Source: Elusimicrobia bacterium GWB2_63_22
GTDB taxonomy: Bacteria; Elusimicrobiota; Elusimicrobia; Elusimicrobiales; UBA9959
Direction: 5' to 3'
Length of the DNA: 64,000 bases
Assembly: GCA_001799735.1 (NCBI GenBank)
Contig: MGUA01000006.1
Span: 13,733 to 77,732 of the forward strand
This document shows positions 27,673 to 36,258 of this stretch, piece after piece (the first letter of the stretch is position 1; every line of letters starts with the position of its first letter). The notes under the pieces were generated by a model, which made no database searches, was not told the origin of the DNA, and saw only the letters and a program-made list of their open reading frames with translations. The translations under genes and the position numbers were made by a program.

Positions 27673-29769
27673 TTAGAAGCCGCTCCAGCTGGCTTTTTCT
27701 TCGGCTTCGGTGCGGCATTTCACATTAGAGAAGACGCCGAGCGGGGCCTCCACGAACAGCGGCCGCCGGGTGAAGGCCGTAACCTCTTTAGGGTCTATGC
27801 CCTCGCTCCTGAAAATATTCAGCAGCATGGTAGAGCAGGTCTTGGAACCGCAGGCGCCCATGCCGGCGCGCGTGACCGCCTTCAGCTGGTTCAGGTCGCG
27901 CATGCCGGAGCGGATAGCCCGGCGGATCTCGCCCAGGCTCACCCGCTCGCAGCGGCAGATCACCGTTTCGTCTTCAGCCTTGGCCAGGTCGGCGGGAGAT
28001 TTAACGCCGGCCTCGGCCTCGAAGAGCCGCAGAGAGGCGGCCAGGTCGGCCACCTCCGGGGTCGTCTTCACGATAACTATCAGCGTGTTCTCGGCCTTGA
28101 AATCCTTAACGTCCACCACCTCGGCCTCGCCGAGGTCGGCGCCTTCCCAGCCGGTCAGGCGGACGTTGTCTCCCTTTTTAACCAGGCCGCGGCCTATCTC
28201 GAAGGGCAGCGCCACGGTAGGGTTGGCCTTATCTTTGCGGTAGTCCACTATGGTCACCGCGAGCCCGGGGCAGATCAGCAGGCATTTGAAGCAGCCGATG
28301 CAGTCGCCGGAGAACTTGGGCGTATTCATGATGCTCTCGCCGGAGAGCTTTATGGATTTCTTGGGGCAGACCGTCACGCAGGGGTTGCAGGGGATCTCCT
28401 GGCGGCAATGCAGCACCGGGTACACCGGCTTATCGTGGTCCTTGACGGCCGGGGCCTTGGTGACGCCGGGGCGTGACTTGAGCACCTCCAGCCGGTCGAA
28501 CCAGAACTCCGGCACGGGGGCCGCCATCACGCCGAGGGACTTGAGCACCTTGTGCGCGGTGATCTTGCCGCTGAACATGGCGGCCGAGGCCTCGGCTATC
28601 TCTTCGGCGTCGCCGCAGACGAAGGCGGCCATGCCGGCCTCCCGCGCCTGGGCGTGGAACTCGTCCACCGAGCTCAGGCCCACCGCTATCAGCATGGTGT
28701 CGGCCTTAAAGGTCTTCTCGGTGCCGGGCAGGACTTTGAATTTTTCATCCACGGCGGCGATCGTCACGGTCTCCAGCTGCTCGCCGCCGTCGGCGCGCAG
28801 GATGGTGTGGCGGGTGTACACCGGCACGCCGAGGCGCCGGATCTTGTCCTCGTGCACTTTATAGCCGCCGCAGCGCTCCTGGGCCTCTATCAGCCCGACC
28901 ACCTGGATGCCGGCCTGCAGGGCGTGGTAGGCCGCTATCAGCCCGACGTTGCCGCCGCCCACGATGAACAGCCTTTTGGCGGGGCGCACCAGGTCGCGGT
29001 TGACCAGGGTCTGAAAGGCGCCGGCGCCGTAGACGCCGGGCAGGGTATTGCCGGGGAAAGCCAGGGATTTTTCGCGGGCGCCGGTGGCGCTGATCACGGC
29101 CTTGGGGCGGATGAGGTAATATTTGTCGCCGCGCAGCACGCCCACTTTCTTATCCGAGAAAACGGCCAGGCAGGTGGCGTCCCGCCAGGCCTTTACCGAC
29201 GGGTACTCCTTGAGCTGGTCTTCCAGCTTCTCGGCGATGTCTATGCCGCGGGTCCCGGCGTAGCAGTCCTCCACCGAGCCGAAAAATTTATGAGTCTGCA
29301 GCACCAGCTTGCCGCCGAAGCGGTTCTTGTCGTCTATGATCAGGGTGCTGACGTTGAGCTTGCCCAGCTCCGCCGCGGCCGCCAGGCCGGAAGGCCCGCC
29401 GCCGATTATCAGGGCGTCCACGTCGAGCTCTTCCACGCGGCCGAACTCCTGCACGCAGGCCGTCAGCGGCAGGCGGGCGGTGCCGCGCAGGGTCTCCACC
29501 TTCATGCCCTCGCGCACCTGGGTCACGCAGGACTTCACCGTCAGCCCGTCGGCTATCACGGAACACTGGGCGCACTGGCCGTTGGCGCAGAAGATGCCCT
29601 GCGGGCCGGAGTCTTTTTTGTGATGGCTGAAAATTTTTATGCCGTTGGCGAACAGGGCGCTGGAGATGACCTCGCCCTCCAGGGCGGAGCACTCTTTGCC
29701 GTCAAAAGTGAATTTAACCGCCGCGCGCTCGGCCGGCTGCAGAACGGGATGTTCCTGTATTCTTTCCAT
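27673..29769 (-). CDS. Four-module redox fusion: SoxA/HcnA-like 2Fe-2S domain, FAD/NAD(P) pyridine-nucleotide-disulfide oxidoreductase fold, 2x[4Fe-4S] ferredoxin domain and BFD-like [2Fe-2S] domain
   Basis: Motifs in order: FCANGQCAQCSV; IIGGGPSGLAAA and IVGGGNVGLIAA; CNPCVTVCP and CIGCFKCLLICP; CRCERVSLGEI...CGSKTC. Confidence 0.8.
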   Translation of the reverse strand: MERIQEHPVLQPAERAAVKFTFDGKECSALEGEVISSALFANGIKIFSHHKKDSGPQGIFCANGQCAQCSVIADGLTVKSCVTQVREGMKVETLRGTARLPLTACVQEFGRVEELDVDALIIGGGPSGLAAAAELGKLNVSTLIIDDKNRFGGKLVLQTHKFFGSVEDCYAGTRGIDIAEKLEDQLKEYPSVKAWRDATCLAVFSDKKVGVLRGDKYYLIRPKAVISATGAREKSLAFPGNTLPGVYGAGAFQTLVNRDLVRPAKRLFIVGGGNVGLIAAYHALQAGIQVVGLIEAQERCGGYKVHEDKIRRLGVPVYTRHTILRADGGEQLETVTIAAVDEKFKVLPGTEKTFKADTMLIAVGLSSVDEFHAQAREAGMAAFVCGDAEEIAEASAAMFSGKITAHKVLKSLGVMAAPVPEFWFDRLEVLKSRPGVTKAPAVKDHDKPVYPVLHCRQEIPCNPCVTVCPKKSIKLSGESIMNTPKFSGDCIGCFKCLLICPGLAVTIVDYRKDKANPTVALPFEIGRGLVKKGDNVRLTGWEGADLGEAEVVDVKDFKAENTLIVIVKTTPEVADLAASLRLFEAEAGVKSPADLAKAEDETVICRCERVSLGEIRRAIRSGMRDLNQLKAVTRAGMGACGSKTCSTMLLNIFRSEGIDPKEVTAFTRRPLFVEAPLGVFSNVKCRTEAEEKASWSGF

Positions 29770-29833
29770 GGTTCCTCTTGTGTTTTGTGCCGAAAGGTGC
29801 CGTACGATTTATATAGTACAATAAAAAAACCCT

Positions 29834-32317
29834 ATGGCAAAAAACGCCCAAAGGGCCGCCCTGGCGACGGCCGTACTCATCGGGGCGGCCGCGCTGGCAG
29901 CGGCCGCCTGGCAGTTCGCCTCGCCCGGCCAGGACCTGGCCTTTAACCTGGGCCTCTACGCGGACCGGGGCGAAATGCTGCTGCACGGAGTGAGGAGCCG
30001 CGCTGTCACCTGGACCATGCCGCTCGTCAGCCTGCTCTGGGCCGCCCGCCAGCACCTCGACATAGATCCCTCCCTGCCGGCCCGGTTGGCCGGGCTGCTG
30101 TCCGCCCTGGCCGCTTTCGGGCTCGGCGCGCGGGGCGGCGGGCCGGCGCGGGGCGCCCTTTTCGCACTGGCGGTCTCCGCCGCGGCCCTGGCCAGGACCG
30201 ACTCCGACACCGAACAGGAGATCTATTCGCTGGCCCTGCTGCTGTTCCTTGGTCTGGAACTGGCGCGCCAGCGGACCCGCACGCTGCTACCCGCCGCCCT
30301 CGCCGGAGGTGCGGCCGGCATAACCCTGCTCATCCGCACGCCGCTTTTCCTTTTCCCGCTCCTGTCCGCCGTTTACGCCTGGTCGAAAGAACAGACCGCG
30401 CGACGCTGGCTGCTGGGCTCGGCCGTCTTCCTGCTGTTTGCCTATTCGCCGCTGCTCCCCTGGGCCAGGCTGAACCACTCCCTCACCGGGAAAATAATAT
30501 TTTTGGAAGAAGAACGCCCGGTCAGCAACCTGATCACCGGCGCCCTGGGGCTCACCTTCACCATAGAAGGCGACGCGCGGGCCCTGGCCGGCCTCTCCAG
30601 GGACGAGAACGCCTTCCGCTGGGCCGCCCGCACCGTGGCGGAGAATCCCGGCCGCTACGCGGGAGCGGTGGCCCGACGGGCCTGGCACGTGTTCCTGATG
30701 TCGCCCTGGCTGTTCCTGCTGGCCGGCCTGGGGCTGCTGCTGGCCCGTTCGCCCGAGACCAGATTCCTCGCCCTCTTCTGCGCCTATTTCGTCTTCATGC
30801 ACTGCCTGCTGTCGATAGAGGAAAGATACTTCTACCCGCTGCGCTACGTGCTCGCCCTGCTAGGCGCGGCCGGGGCCTGGGAACTGCTTAAACGGGCCGG
30901 CCTGGCGCTGGCCGGCGGGAACAAGGACTTTTTCACCCGCCCGCTTTTCGCCGGGGCGGCGGCGCTGGCCGCGGCGGCGTTGGTAGTGATTTGGCGCTAC
31001 CCGGCCGTGGCACGCCCGCCTCTGATAGCCCTCACCCGCGAACTGGGGGAGCGGCCCGGCGAGGCCTGGCTCCTGAAACGCAGGGGGGAAGCGCTGTTCG
31101 CCCTGGGCCTGACCGGCTACGGGACGCAGGACCTGCGGCGCGCCTGCGCCGCCGGACGCGAGCCGGGCGCCTGCTGGCTGTACGACGCGCTCACCGGCCG
31201 GCCGGCCGAACCGCCGCAGCTCTTTGAGAGGTACGGCCTGCTGCTGGTGAAACTGGTCCGGGAGCTGGAGCTCGGCGACAGGGCGGCGGCGCGCGAAACC
31301 TTCCGCGCCGCCATGACGATCTGGCTTAAGGAGCGCAACCTGGTGCGCGGCGGCGGCCGGGACAAGGCGGAGCTCGCGCGGCTGATAGAAACCAATAAAA
31401 CTTTCTGGGATTCGGACCTGAGCGGCGCGCTGCTGTATTTCTCGCCGGAGGCCCGGCGCCGGGTGCTGGGCGTCATGCGCACCATGCCCGAGTTCTCCGC
31501 CGGCATCGGGCGGCTGGAGACCGCGGCCGCGGCGGCGCAGGGGCTGGACTATGACATGGCCCTGGCGATACTGCAGGAAACCCTTAAAGGCCCCGCAGGC
31601 CCGGCCGGCGCGACAGTCGGCCTTGGGCCGCAGGCCGCCGCGCTGACCCTTGCCCTCGAGACGGCAAGGGACAACGGGACCCTCGCCGACATGCTGCTGG
31701 GCTGCGGCCCGTCCATGACGGAAGTGGGAGAATTTTATGTCGCCCCCGCCGCCGCGGCAGGCAACCCCGCGCGGACGGGCTGCTTTACCCCGGCCATGCG
31801 CTGGTTGGTACGCAGGGACGCGGCCTCCGCCTCCGCGCTGGCGGCCGGGTCGGAAAAATTTCCGGGCTTCCTGGTAACGGCGGCGGCTGCCCTGCGGGCC
31901 GGCGGCAAGGCCGGGGAAGCCGACCTGCTGGCCGGGGCGGCGCAAAGGGCCGCCGGGAAACAGGGCAAGGGTTTAAAAGAACTCGCCCTGCTCTACCAGG
32001 ACATGGGCCGCTACACCGAGAGCCTGGCCATAGCGCGGGGCCTGCTGGCCGCCGCCCCGGCCGACCCGGAGCTCAATAACAGCATCGGCGTGCTGCTGCT
32101 CTTCCTCAAACGGGACGCCGAAGCCGAGCCGTTCTTCGTCAAGGCCGCCGGCGCACCGGCGGCGCCGGTTTCGGCCCAGCTGAACCTGGCCGCGCTCTAC
32201 GCCCGCCGGGGCGACAGGGAAGGCGCGATCAGGTACTACGCCCTGGCCGCCGCCAACCCCTCTCTGCCGGCGCCTCAGCGCGCCGCGGTCCTGGCCGCTG
32301 CGGCCGGCCGTTTTTGA
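29834..32317 (+). CDS. Polytopic GT-C-fold (ArnT/PMT, GT39-like) membrane glycosyltransferase-like protein with a C-terminal TPR domain
   Basis: More than 10 hydrophobic segments in the N-terminal half, including ..GITLLIRTPLFLFPLL... The C-terminal third has TPR-like repeats (YQDMGRYTESLAIARGLL..., NLAALYARRGDREGAIRYY). Confidence 0.6.
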   Translation: MAKNAQRAALATAVLIGAAALAAAAWQFASPGQDLAFNLGLYADRGEMLLHGVRSRAVTWTMPLVSLLWAARQHLDIDPSLPARLAGLLSALAAFGLGARGGGPARGALFALAVSAAALARTDSDTEQEIYSLALLLFLGLELARQRTRTLLPAALAGGAAGITLLIRTPLFLFPLLSAVYAWSKEQTARRWLLGSAVFLLFAYSPLLPWARLNHSLTGKIIFLEEERPVSNLITGALGLTFTIEGDARALAGLSRDENAFRWAARTVAENPGRYAGAVARRAWHVFLMSPWLFLLAGLGLLLARSPETRFLALFCAYFVFMHCLLSIEERYFYPLRYVLALLGAAGAWELLKRAGLALAGGNKDFFTRPLFAGAAALAAAALVVIWRYPAVARPPLIALTRELGERPGEAWLLKRRGEALFALGLTGYGTQDLRRACAAGREPGACWLYDALTGRPAEPPQLFERYGLLLVKLVRELELGDRAAARETFRAAMTIWLKERNLVRGGGRDKAELARLIETNKTFWDSDLSGALLYFSPEARRRVLGVMRTMPEFSAGIGRLETAAAAAQGLDYDMALAILQETLKGPAGPAGATVGLGPQAAALTLALETARDNGTLADMLLGCGPSMTEVGEFYVAPAAAAGNPARTGCFTPAMRWLVRRDAASASALAAGSEKFPGFLVTAAAALRAGGKAGEADLLAGAAQRAAGKQGKGLKELALLYQDMGRYTESLAIARGLLAAAPADPELNNSIGVLLLFLKRDAEAEPFFVKAAGAPAAPVSAQLNLAALYARRGDREGAIRYYALAAANPSLPAPQRAAVLAAAAGRF

Positions 32318-32343
32318 TATAATAAGGGGACATGGAGGGTACA

Positions 32344-32868
32344 ATGAAAAAACTTATTTTAGCCGCCGCCTGCGCGTTTTACGCCGGCAGCCTTTCCGCC
32401 GCCGGTTTCGAGCTTAACAGCGCCGGCCTGCTGGACCAGGTACTGGTCTCGGCCCCCGAGGTGAAGATCCCGGAGGCGCCCCAGCCCGAGAAGGCCGTAA
32501 CCCGCACCGGCCAGTACTACCAGGTCTCCGGCTACGTGAACCTCAACGGCAACGGCTGGATGCCCGGCAACGACGGCGGCTTCACCAGCGTGAACCTGAC
32601 CGGCTGGGCCACCTTCCGCGATTCTTCCGGCAAGGTCACCCGCAACAACACCTACGTCAACACCTCGGTTTCCCTGTGGGTGCGCCCCAACCAGCACGTC
32701 TTCCAGAGCGTCTACCCCAACCTTTACGTGCAGTTCTACAAGGATGGCCGGCTGGTCGGCTCCACCACCATGAACGGCAGCATCTCCGTCAGCGGCTGGC
32801 CGAGCTCCAACTACTTCAGCCTCAGCGGCTCCGGCTACCTCAGCGGCTCGATCTACGTGCAGGACTGA
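32344..32868 (+). CDS. Small secreted protein, unknown function
   Basis: GGAGGG SD 5 nt upstream of the ATG at 32344. Signal peptide MKKLILAAACAFYAGSLSA. Beta-rich composition. Confidence 0.6.
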   Translation: MKKLILAAACAFYAGSLSAAGFELNSAGLLDQVLVSAPEVKIPEAPQPEKAVTRTGQYYQVSGYVNLNGNGWMPGNDGGFTSVNLTGWATFRDSSGKVTRNNTYVNTSVSLWVRPNQHVFQSVYPNLYVQFYKDGRLVGSTTMNGSISVSGWPSSNYFSLSGSGYLSGSIYVQD

Positions 32869-32889
32869 CCTGCCGCGGGAACGGTAAAG

Positions 32890-32919
32890 AGAGCGGCCCC
32901 AAGCCGCTCTTTTTATTTT
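32890..32919 (+). terminator. Rho-independent terminator
   Basis: Stem AGAGCGGC / GCCGCTCT with loop CCCAA, followed by TTTTATTTT. Confidence 0.85.
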
Positions 32920-32930
32920 AAAATATAGCT

Positions 32931-33836
32931 ATGAAGATACTGGAAGGCAAAACACTCTCCGCGGAGATCCTGGGCGCGCTGCCGGCCCGCATCGACGCGG
33001 TAAAAGGCCGGCTGGGCCGTCCGCCGGCGCTGGCCATAATAAACTACTTTGCTGACTCCCCTTCGGCCGTCTACGTGAAGCGCAAGATCGCCGCCTGCGA
33101 AAAACTGGGCATAACGGTGAAGCTGTTCGCTCCCAAGGCGGAAGAGGGCTATCCCGCCTTCAAGAAACTGCTGGCGGGGCTGGGCGCCGACCCGGCCTAC
33201 GACGCCATCATGCTGGAGCGGCCGCTGCCGGACGGCTTCGAGACGCTGGAGACCTGGGACGCCCTGCCGGCGGCCAAGGACGTGGACGGCCTCTCCTCGC
33301 TGAACATGGGCCGCCTGTTCATCGCCAAGAAATTTTCCGAGATAGAGGGCGGCGGCTACTTCGTGCCCTGCACCGCGCTGGCCGTGATCCGCCTGCTGCG
33401 CTTCCACGGCATCAACCCGGCCGGCCTGAATATCGCCGTAGCCGGGCGCTCCGCAGTGGTGGGCCGCCCGCTGGCGCATATGCTGACGGCGCTGGACGCC
33501 ACCGTGACGCTCTGCCATACCCGCACCAAGGATTCGGCCGCGGTCTTCCGGGGGGCAGACCTGGTGATCACGGCCATCGGCAAAGCCAAGTGGCTCAAGA
33601 AAGAGATGCTGCCGGCGGGCATGACGGTGATAGACGTGGGCACCAATTTCGACGAGAACGGGCGGATGTGCGGCGACGCCGACTTTAAGGACCTGGAGCA
33701 GACCGCCGGCGCGGTTTCGCCCGTACCCGGAGGGGTGGGCCCGGTGACCCTGGCCTGCCTGATAGAGGCCAGCGTGCGCGCCGCCGAACTGGCGCCGCCG
33801 GCCGAGGACAAGAAGGGAGAAATAATATTCACATGA
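32931..33836 (+). CDS. folD: Bifunctional methylenetetrahydrofolate dehydrogenase / methenyl-THF cyclohydrolase
   Basis: N-terminal ILEGK...SAVYVKRKIAACEKLGI. NAD(P) site VAGRSAVVGRPLA. PGGVGPVT near the C-terminus. Confidence 0.93.
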   Translation: MKILEGKTLSAEILGALPARIDAVKGRLGRPPALAIINYFADSPSAVYVKRKIAACEKLGITVKLFAPKAEEGYPAFKKLLAGLGADPAYDAIMLERPLPDGFETLETWDALPAAKDVDGLSSLNMGRLFIAKKFSEIEGGGYFVPCTALAVIRLLRFHGINPAGLNIAVAGRSAVVGRPLAHMLTALDATVTLCHTRTKDSAAVFRGADLVITAIGKAKWLKKEMLPAGMTVIDVGTNFDENGRMCGDADFKDLEQTAGAVSPVPGGVGPVTLACLIEASVRAAELAPPAEDKKGEIIFT

Positions 33837-34267
33837 GCAAAAAACTGAAATTCATATTCCCGCTGCTGCTGGCCGCCGGCTTCTGCCTGCCTGCCCTCGC
33901 CCAGGACGAGGCCGCCCCGAAGGAAGACCCGGCCGCCGGCGCCCCCGCCGAAGCCCCGGCCAAACCCGCTCCCAAGAAACCGGCCCCCAAGAAAAAAGCC
34001 AAAAAAAAGAAGAAGGCGCCCCCGGTCTCCGAATACAAGTTCGACGCGGTGGAAAAGACCGAAACCTACAAGTTCGACAAGCGGGCCAACCCGATAGTCA
34101 AGGCGAAGAAAAAGAAAAAGGCGGCCAAGAAGGCGCCGGCCCCGAAAGGCGACAGCCTGGAGGAAAAATCCCTCCCGTCCACCAAACTTAAGCCCGCCAA
34201 GGCCATAGGGGAAGCGGAGCAGAAGGCCGCCGAGCAGGACGCCATGGGCCAGATGGGCGGGGAATGA
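33833..34267 (+). CDS. Secreted lysine/alanine/proline-rich low-complexity protein
   Basis: ATGA overlaps with the folD stop and with the next gene's start. Signal peptide MSKKLKFIFPLLLAAGFCLPALA. KKKAKKKKK and KAKKKKKAAKK tracts. Confidence 0.6.
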   Translation: MSKKLKFIFPLLLAAGFCLPALAQDEAAPKEDPAAGAPAEAPAKPAPKKPAPKKKAKKKKKAPPVSEYKFDAVEKTETYKFDKRANPIVKAKKKKKAAKKAPAPKGDSLEEKSLPSTKLKPAKAIGEAEQKAAEQDAMGQMGGE

Positions 34268-35013
34268 TTAAAGCCGCCCCGGAGTGGCATAAGAGTTTCT
34301 TTAAAAACTCTTTCTATAACCCCGCTTCGGAGACCGCCGTGGCCAAGGCCCCGGCGGAGGCGGCCTTCGTACTTAAACAGCTCAAACTGAAAAAAGGTTC
34401 GGCCCTGCTGGACCTGTGCTGCGGCCCGGGCCGCCACGCCGTGGAATTCGCCAGTCGGGGCCTGGCGGTGACCGGCTACGATTTCTCCCGCGAGTACCTC
34501 GCCGAGGCCGCCGCCCGCGCCCAAAAAAAGCGCGTGGCCCTGCGCCTGCTGCGCGGCGACATGCGGGAGCTGAAATTCTCCGGAGAATTCGACGCGGTGG
34601 TGAACATGTTCACCAGCTTCGGCTATTTCCCCAGGCTTTCCGACGATATCAAAACCCTGAAGGGGATAGCCCGCGCGCTCAAGCCCGGCGGCCTTTTCCT
34701 GATAGACGTGGTGAACGGGGATTTTATAATGAGCCGCTTCGTCCCCAGGGACTGGCACGACCTGGGCGACCATTACCTGCTGGAGACCCGCGAGCCCGAC
34801 AGGGACGGGATCTTCAACACCTGGGTGAAGATAGACAAACGCAGCGGCAGGATACAGGAGAAAACCTTCTTCAACCGCATCTACGGCCGGGCCACCCTGA
34901 CGGCCGCCCTGCGCCGCGCCGGCCTGAAACCGCTGAAGTTCTGGGGCGGGTTCCGCGGAGAGAAGCTTTCGGACGGCTCTATCCGCCTTATCTGCCTGGC
35001 AAAAAAGCTCTGA
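34264..35013 (+). CDS. Class I SAM-dependent methyltransferase
   Basis: Motif I LLDLCCGPGRHAVEFA and post-I acidic residue (GYDFS). Length is typical of small-molecule/RNA methyltransferases. Confidence 0.8.
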   Translation: MIKAAPEWHKSFFKNSFYNPASETAVAKAPAEAAFVLKQLKLKKGSALLDLCCGPGRHAVEFASRGLAVTGYDFSREYLAEAAARAQKKRVALRLLRGDMRELKFSGEFDAVVNMFTSFGYFPRLSDDIKTLKGIARALKPGGLFLIDVVNGDFIMSRFVPRDWHDLGDHYLLETREPDRDGIFNTWVKIDKRSGRIQEKTFFNRIYGRATLTAALRRAGLKPLKFWGGFRGEKLSDGSIRLICLAKKL

Positions 35014-35023
35014 CCCGCCGGGC

Positions 35024-35069
35024 AAAGAAAAACCCCGCGCTCCGTAAAGGACCGCGGGGTTTCTTTTTT
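35024..35069. terminator. Bidirectional rho-independent terminator between convergent genes
   Basis: Stem of about 10 bp (AAACCCCGCG / CGCGGGGTTT) flanked by an A-run on the left and TTCTTTTTT on the right. Confidence 0.8.
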
Positions 35070-35076
35070 ACGGCTC

Positions 35077-36132
35077 TTACCTGATCTCGAAAGACTCTAT
35101 GGTGCTGGTCTCGGCGCCGGAAGACAGCGGGCCGGAGCGGAAGAACTTGAGCGTTACCACGTATTTACCAGGCTTGGCGGGGCCGTCCATCAACTTCAGT
35201 TCGTAGGTGCCGGCCACGTCGAAGGCCTTCGTCACGTTGAACTTTACGAAGGAGTTGAGTAGCTGGTCGACGGGCGTGTTCTGGTCTATCTGCGGGATGT
35301 TCATGCCGTCGGCGGTGATGGTGATCTTCTCGCCGCGGAAGTAGTCCGCGCGGAGGTCGTTAAGCACCAGGCGCACGTCGCCCGCCGCGGTTACCCCGGC
35401 GAAGGACACAGAAAGCTCCTTGGAGTCGGGCTGGGCGGGCTTCTTGGCGCCGGGAGTCAGCGTGAAGATGGTGGCGCGCCGGAACAGGCCGTCGTCGTTG
35501 CGGGAAGAGACCGCGTAGTTATAGAGCATGCCGTTAGTATTGGCGTCCACGCTCTTCGGGCCCCTCATGCAGAGCTCCAGCCGCTCGGTCTCCCAGGACT
35601 CCAGCTGGCGCGGGCCGATATTCACGGTGACTTTGCGCTTATGGTAGTTGCTGGCGGGCCGGCAGGGGCCGGCGTAGCCGTGATTATAGGACAGGCACTC
35701 TTCGCCGTATTCCTCTATTATCATGTCCAGCGTCTGGCTGAGCGGGCTCTGCGCGTTGAACTGCATGGTGCGGCAGCTCTCGCGGTAGCCGCCGAAGTGG
35801 TACTGCGGCGTGGGCTGATTATGGTTGTCCCAGCCGGGATTATAGGGCGGGGGATAATGAGGCTGCGGCGGGTGGTGGGGCTGAGGGGGCGGCGGCGCCG
35901 GGGGATGGCCGGGGTTGTACGGGGGGTGGTGCGGCTGCGGGGACGGCGGGTGATGGCCGGGCTGGCCGGGGTGCTGAGGCTTGTTCCCGGCGAGGTCTGA
36001 AACGATGTCGAGCACGTCTATAAATGTGTCGAGACCGCTGGCTTTAGCGCTTTCGAGGCTGCCCTCGGCCGCGCGCGCCGCCGCGCTCAAAGAAAATAAC
36101 GCGGCGAAAACTATTGCTGCTTTCTTATTCAT
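35077..36132 (-). CDS. Secreted protein with an N-terminal His/Pro-rich tract and a C-terminal globular region of unknown function
   Basis: Start set to the ATG at 36132 (MNKKAAIVFAALFSLSAAARA). Tract HPGQPGHHPPSPQPHHPPYNPGHPPAPPPPQPHHPPQPHYPPPYNPG. Confidence 0.6.
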   Translation of the reverse strand: MNKKAAIVFAALFSLSAAARAAEGSLESAKASGLDTFIDVLDIVSDLAGNKPQHPGQPGHHPPSPQPHHPPYNPGHPPAPPPPQPHHPPQPHYPPPYNPGWDNHNQPTPQYHFGGYRESCRTMQFNAQSPLSQTLDMIIEEYGEECLSYNHGYAGPCRPASNYHKRKVTVNIGPRQLESWETERLELCMRGPKSVDANTNGMLYNYAVSSRNDDGLFRRATIFTLTPGAKKPAQPDSKELSVSFAGVTAAGDVRLVLNDLRADYFRGEKITITADGMNIPQIDQNTPVDQLLNSFVKFNVTKAFDVAGTYELKLMDGPAKPGKYVVTLKFFRSGPLSSGAETSTIESFEIR

Positions 36133-36258
36133 GTGCTTTTCCCTCCCATACACTGTCTAGGGAAATCATATTGAATAAAGGACCGGGCCAAATAGAAGCG
36201 ATAGGCCCAGAGGTGGGCCGTATTAGGACCCAGCTGGAAATAGGTATTAAAGGCAGGA

